A DNA stretch of 57,323 bases from positions 1-57,323 of the forward strand of contig JAVEZX010000004.1 of NCBI GenBank assembly GCA_034002785.1, written 5' to 3'. The stretch is from Bacteroidales bacterium. GTDB lineage: Bacteria; Bacteroidota; Bacteroidia; Bacteroidales; VadinHA17. This document shows, piece after piece, positions 53,222 to 57,323 of this stretch. Position numbers and translations under genes: made by a program. The stretch's first letter is position 1; each line of letters begins with the position of its first letter. The notes beneath the pieces are model-generated. The model did no database searches. It was not told where the DNA came from and saw nothing but the letters and a program-made list of their open reading frames with translations.

Positions 53222-56011
53222 ATGTCAAAGATGCGCAACGACTACGCAAAAATAGCATTTAAACTGCATTTTGTCTCACAAAGATTGTTTGTGTCAATTT
53301 TCATGCCGGTTCTTTTCGCCGTGTCATTATCTGCCCAGGAGCAGGTAAGGCCGGATACACTCCGGAGTATGAGGGCAGACACACTTGGCATTCCTGTGTC
53401 AGATCCCGCTGCAAATCCCCTCTTCATAAATGACACCCTGTTTACTGATCCCTCTGTTTCAGATCAGGACACTGCAGGGGTGAAGGGACCGCTGATAGTC
53501 TCTCCCGATGCCGTGGATGAACCGATTATCTACAACGCCGAAGGTTATATGAAGACAGACCTTCGAACCCGCAAGGTGAGCCTTGTTCAGAACGCAAAGG
53601 TCACCTACGGCACTATTGAACTGACAGCTGACTCTATTGTGCTCGACATGGAGACGGGATCGGTTTATGCCACTTTCAGACCCGATTCCGCCGGAAACGC
53701 AGTAGGGTTGCCGAAATACAAGGATGGCTCGGAAGAGTTCGAGTCGAAGGAGCTTACCTATAATTTCAAGTCTAAGAAGGGGGTTATCCGCAACGTCACC
53801 ACGGAGCAGGAGGGAGGCTACCTTCAGAGTCTGACCACAAAGCGGCATGAGGACGGTACTCTGCACGTAAACCGGAGCAAGTTCACAACCTGCGATGCCG
53901 AAGAGCCCCATTTCTATCTCGCCCTGCCGAGAGCAAAGGTCTATCCCGGCGAAAAGATAGTCTCCGGCCCGGCCTATATGGTGGTTGCTGATATCCCGCT
54001 GCCGCTGATACTGCCTTTCGGTTTCTTCCCGGTGCAGCAGAAGAGAGCCTCCGGCATCGTCATGCCAAAGTACGGACAGGAGGCCCGCCGTGGCTACTTC
54101 CTCTCAAACGGCGGATATTATTTCGCGCTGAGCGATTACTTCGACCTTAAACTTACCGGTACGATCTACACGAACGGCACATGGCTTGCCGATGCCTCGA
54201 CTTCATACCGCCTGAGGTACCGCTTCTCGGGGTCCTTTGCATTCAGCTATGCAAACAACGTCAACAGTTACAAGGGGATGCCTGATTACGGGCAGAATAC
54301 CAACTACCGCATCAGCTGGTCACATTCGCAGGATGGCAAGGCCAACCCCGGATCACGTTTCTCGGCCAGCGTGAATATGAGCTCCAGCGGCTATGACAAG
54401 AATAACAGCTACGAGGTGGCAGACCACGTGACAACCACCAGGCAGTCGAGCATCAACTACTCGAAATCATGGGCAGGAACGCCTATCAGCTTCTCAACAA
54501 GCCTCAACCAGTCTCAGAACGTTCAGAACAAGACCATGGTGCTGAACCTGCCAAAGGGAAGCTTCAACGTATCCCGCATCTATCCCTTCAAACCAAGTAA
54601 ACCGGTGGCAAAGACCAGGTGGTACCACGATCTGACTACCCAGTATTCAGCCACCTTCGAGAACAAGATCGACACATACGACAGTCTTCTGTTTACAAGC
54701 GCCGTATGGAAAAGCATGAAGAACGGATTCAAGCATGAGGTTCCGTTCAGCCTGCAGATCAGGCCGTTCAACAACTTCTCCATATCTCCCTCGCTGAGGT
54801 ATACCGGGGTGCTTTATACACAGCAGATACACAAACGCTGGGATCCTGATTTCTATGATGAGAGCAGGAACAAGGTGGTTCCGTCAGTGGTCAATGACAC
54901 AATACGCGGGCTGACTTACGGTCAGGCTTTGGTGCCTTCGCTGAGCGCTGCCTTCAACCCCTCGGTATACGGTACCTTTGTCTTCACTAAAAAAGGTTCA
55001 CGTATTGAATCCATCAGGCACGTAATGAAACCATCCGTAGGCTTCTCCTATTCGCCTGACAGTGACAAGCTGACGAGTGACATGTTCAGGTCAGTCCAGA
55101 CTGATACCACAGGCAGGACAAGAGAATATTCGATCTATGAGGGGAGCATTTACGGAACCCCTTCCACCGGAAGGCGCGCGGGTTCGGTTTCGCTTAGCCT
55201 CACCAATCTCGTGGAAGCCAAGGTTTTTGCCAGGAATGATACTACAGGTAAGCCCAAGAAGGTCAAGATAATTGAGAGTCTGTCCCTGAACACATCGTAC
55301 AACATCTTCGCCGACTCGCTCAACTGGTCTCCTGTGAATATGTCCTTCCGAACAACCCTTGCCCAGAATATAAATATTCAGGCAGGTAGTACCTTCAATA
55401 TCTATGGGATAAACGAAAAAGGAGGATCGGTCAACCAACTTGCTGTCAGTCAAGGGCTAGGACTGGCAAGGATGACCAGCCTGAACGCGAGTCTGGACCT
55501 TGACCTGGGGCGGTTGCTTGGTGGCAAGAACAAAGACAATCAGCAGCAACAGTCCTCGGGGCAGAGAAGTCAGAGGCCTTCGGGACGAGCTCCTGATGAA
55601 CCGGGTGCAGAAGGGGGCGCTGCCACGAATAACCTGCCCCTGGCGAGCAACAGCTATGACGAATACGGTTATGTACGGTTTGATGTGCCCTGGTCTCTCA
55701 GGATGGCTTATAACTTCAGCTACAGCAAACCCGGCCTTACATCCAATATTATGCAGACAATGACACTGTCAGGGGATGTGAGGCTCACATCCAAGATGGC
55801 AATCAACTACAACACCGGATTTGACTTCAAGCAAAAGGAGATTACAATGACCCGTGTGGGCATCAGTCGCGACCTCCATTGCTGGGAGATGAGTTTCAAC
55901 TGGATCCCTGTTGGCTACATGAAGAGCTGGAACTTCACGATCAGGGCCAGGGCCAGTATGCTGCAGGATCTCAAGTATGAACGCAGGAAGGACTACCATG
56001 AGAATTACTAA
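53222..56011 (+). CDS. large outer-membrane protein, Bacteroidota LptD-like (putative LPS assembly protein)
   Basis: Signal peptide ending ..AVSLSAQE, an N-terminal OstA/LptD-like beta-jellyroll region, and a long C-terminal beta-strand-rich region. It is divergent from the amidase gene as in many Bacteroidota. The start is 53222 or 53231. Confidence 0.6.
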   Translation: MSKMRNDYAKIAFKLHFVSQRLFVSIFMPVLFAVSLSAQEQVRPDTLRSMRADTLGIPVSDPAANPLFINDTLFTDPSVSDQDTAGVKGPLIVSPDAVDEPIIYNAEGYMKTDLRTRKVSLVQNAKVTYGTIELTADSIVLDMETGSVYATFRPDSAGNAVGLPKYKDGSEEFESKELTYNFKSKKGVIRNVTTEQEGGYLQSLTTKRHEDGTLHVNRSKFTTCDAEEPHFYLALPRAKVYPGEKIVSGPAYMVVADIPLPLILPFGFFPVQQKRASGIVMPKYGQEARRGYFLSNGGYYFALSDYFDLKLTGTIYTNGTWLADASTSYRLRYRFSGSFAFSYANNVNSYKGMPDYGQNTNYRISWSHSQDGKANPGSRFSASVNMSSSGYDKNNSYEVADHVTTTRQSSINYSKSWAGTPISFSTSLNQSQNVQNKTMVLNLPKGSFNVSRIYPFKPSKPVAKTRWYHDLTTQYSATFENKIDTYDSLLFTSAVWKSMKNGFKHEVPFSLQIRPFNNFSISPSLRYTGVLYTQQIHKRWDPDFYDESRNKVVPSVVNDTIRGLTYGQALVPSLSAAFNPSVYGTFVFTKKGSRIESIRHVMKPSVGFSYSPDSDKLTSDMFRSVQTDTTGRTREYSIYEGSIYGTPSTGRRAGSVSLSLTNLVEAKVFARNDTTGKPKKVKIIESLSLNTSYNIFADSLNWSPVNMSFRTTLAQNINIQAGSTFNIYGINEKGGSVNQLAVSQGLGLARMTSLNASLDLDLGRLLGGKNKDNQQQQSSGQRSQRPSGRAPDEPGAEGGAATNNLPLASNSYDEYGYVRFDVPWSLRMAYNFSYSKPGLTSNIMQTMTLSGDVRLTSKMAINYNTGFDFKQKEITMTRVGISRDLHCWEMSFNWIPVGYMKSWNFTIRARASMLQDLKYERRKDYHENY

Positions 56012-56030
56012 CGAAATTAAACAATCAGGT

Positions 56031-56408
56031 ATGAAAAGGATTATCAGCACAACGGCTGCCCCGGGAGCAATCGGTCCCTACAGCCAGGCCGTAGAGGCAA
56101 ACGGAACGCTTTACATCTCCGGACAGGTGCCCATTGACCCTGCCACAGGCAAGCTGGTTGAGGGAGGTATCACTGAACAGACCAGGCAGGCACTTAAAAA
56201 CATTAGGGCGATACTTCTTGCCGCAGGCTACACGATGGACAATGTGGTCAAGTCTACCTGCCTGCTCTCGGATATGTCGGATTTCAAGGCGATGAATGAG
56301 GTCTATGCGCAGTTTTATACCTCGGACCAGCCGGCGAGGGCTGCTTTCGCCGTGAAGGGGCTGCCGCTTGGTGCTCTCATTGAGATTGAGACCGTGGCGG
56401 TTAAATGA
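56031..56408 (+). CDS. ridA: RidA family reactive-intermediate deaminase
   Basis: MKRIISTTAAPGAIGPYSQA..., ..ARAAFAVKGLPLGALIEIE. Start taken after the LptD-like stop. Confidence 0.9.
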   Translation: MKRIISTTAAPGAIGPYSQAVEANGTLYISGQVPIDPATGKLVEGGITEQTRQALKNIRAILLAAGYTMDNVVKSTCLLSDMSDFKAMNEVYAQFYTSDQPARAAFAVKGLPLGALIEIETVAVK

Positions 56409-56451
56409 TATCGTAACGGCGGGTCCGGGACCCGCCACCACCCGGCATCAT

Positions 56452-56489
56452 AAAAAAACAACAGCGGCGGGTCCTGGGATCCGCCGCTG
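56452..56489 (-). terminator. intrinsic terminator for the rpsF-rpsR-rplI operon
   Basis: CAGCGGCGGGTCC-TG-GGATCCGCCGCTG hairpin with an A-run on its left, which is a U-run in the - strand transcript. Confidence 0.7.
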
Positions 56490-56513
56490 CTCGTTTATTG
56501 CTGTGCTGTGTTC

Positions 56514-56960
56514 TTATTCTGCCACCACTTCGAAATCGATCTCGACCTTTACATCACGATGCAGCTTGACAACTGCCTTGTGGCTTCCTGTCTCCTTGAT
56601 GGCGTCTTCACCGAGCATGATGTTCTTGCGGTCAATCTCAAAACCCTTCGCGTTAAGCGCTTCAGCAAGCTGAATGGTGTTGACTGATCCGAATATCTTG
56701 CCGGCAGAGCTGACCTTGGCGCCGATCACAAGCTTCACGCCTGCAAGCTTTTCAGCCAGTTTCTCAGCCTCTTTCCTGATCTGCTCTTCCTTGTGAGCCC
56801 TCTGCTTCAGGTTCTCATTGTGAACCTTTACGGCAGAGTCAGTTGCCTGAATGGCCATACCCTTCGGGATAAGGAAATTCCTTGCATATCCGGTCTTCAC
56901 GGTCAGAATGTCATTCTTCTGACCAAGCTTATCAATGTCCTGCTTAAGTATAATCTTCAT
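56514..56960 (-). CDS. rplI: 50S ribosomal protein L9
   Basis: MKIILKQDIDKLGQKNDILTVKTGYARNFLIPKGMA. Confidence 0.95.
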   Translation of the reverse strand: MKIILKQDIDKLGQKNDILTVKTGYARNFLIPKGMAIQATDSAVKVHNENLKQRAHKEEQIRKEAEKLAEKLAGVKLVIGAKVSSAGKIFGSVNTIQLAEALNAKGFEIDRKNIMLGEDAIKETGSHKAVVKLHRDVKVEIDFEVVAE

Positions 56961-56973
56961 CTCTCTTCCTCCT

Positions 56974-57243
56974 CTACTTTAAAAGGTCAGCAACATAAGG
57001 AAGCAGTGCAAGGTGACGGGCACGCTTGATAGCCTTTGAAACCCTCCTCTGATACTTGAGCGAGGTGCCGGTGATGCGACGGGGCAGAATCTTGCCCTGC
57101 TCATTGAGAAACTTCTTGAGGAACTCGGGATCCTTGTAGTCTATGTACTTGATCTTGTTCTTCTTGAACCTGCAGTATTTCTTCTTCTTGATCTCTACTG
57201 TAGGCGGTGTCAGGTACCTGATTTCTGAATTGTTCTGTGCCAT
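56974..57243 (-). CDS. rpsR: 30S ribosomal protein S18
   Basis: 89 aa, ..[18 protein letters not shown]...[32 protein letters not shown]. Confidence 0.95.
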   Translation of the reverse strand: MAQNNSEIRYLTPPTVEIKKKKYCRFKKNKIKYIDYKDPEFLKKFLNEQGKILPRRITGTSLKYQRRVSKAIKRARHLALLPYVADLLK

Positions 57244-57245
57244 GA

Positions 57246-57323
57246 TTACTCCTCCCTGACTTTTTCGGTTTCTTTCATCTTTCTCTTCTTCTCGGCATAC
57301 TCTACAGCATACTTGTCCATACG
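57246..57323 (-). CDS. rpsF: 30S ribosomal protein S6, 3' end only (N-terminus beyond the right edge)
   Basis: My reverse-strand translation gives ..[25 protein letters not shown] ending at TAA 57246-57248. Position upstream of rpsR-rplI supports the call. Confidence 0.7.
   Translation of the reverse strand, partial: RMDKYAVEYAEKKRKMKETEKVREE

Noticed and set aside
1-57323. Mobile elements, prophage remnants, defence islands, toxin-antitoxin pairs and secondary-metabolite clusters.
   Set aside because: I saw no transposase, integrase, recombinase, phage structural, restriction-modification or Cas-like translations in any frame. Gene content and packing look like core chromosome throughout.

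Overview
This 57.3-kb window looks like a Bacteroidota-type chromosome with roughly half G+C. Three things support that assignment. TAnnTTTG -7 promoter boxes sit about 20-30 nt upstream of many start codons. I saw no obvious Shine-Dalgarno use. The gene content is typical of the phylum, including a GH3/serine-hydrolase fusion, a long LptD-like protein, AddAB-like genes and DUF721 after recF.

The content is almost entirely core housekeeping:
- Translation: thrS-infC-rpmI-rplT, the end of rpsF followed by rpsR-rplI, mnmA, and two tandem tRNA-Leu genes.
- Replication and repair: dnaA, recF plus DUF721, and AddA-like/AddB-like genes.
- Amino-acid, vitamin, nucleotide and polyamine metabolism: lysC-lysA, ribH, ndk, and carboxynorspermidine dehydrogenase/decarboxylase.
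- Envelope: lepB, MlaD, an amidase, an LptD-like protein and a small OMP.
- Transporters: MFS, SSS and CorA.
- A peptidoglycan amino-sugar salvage locus.

I found no transposase, integrase, CRISPR array, toxin-antitoxin pair or recognisable defence gene, and I cannot honestly point to a self-contained new multi-gene system. The features most worth a second look are:
1. A family of period-7 (one period-8) tandem tracts arranged as paired arms. They fill seven gene gaps, six of them between convergent genes, often next to canonical terminators. I do not recognise the family.
2. A tight operon in which an AmgK-like sugar kinase is fused to a RapZ C-terminal domain and translationally coupled to a MurU-like uridylyltransferase.
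3. A TIGR01212-type radical SAM gene wedged, with overlaps, between the AddA-like and AddB-like helicase-nuclease genes.
4. Two large uncharacterised proteins: a 582-aa cytoplasmic protein and a secreted 924-aa protein with a C-terminal FGE-sulfatase domain.
5. A non-canonical infC start, and dnaA translationally coupled to galK beside an AT-rich region that lacks obvious DnaA boxes.

All calls come from reading the sequence and ORF translations by eye. No database search was run.
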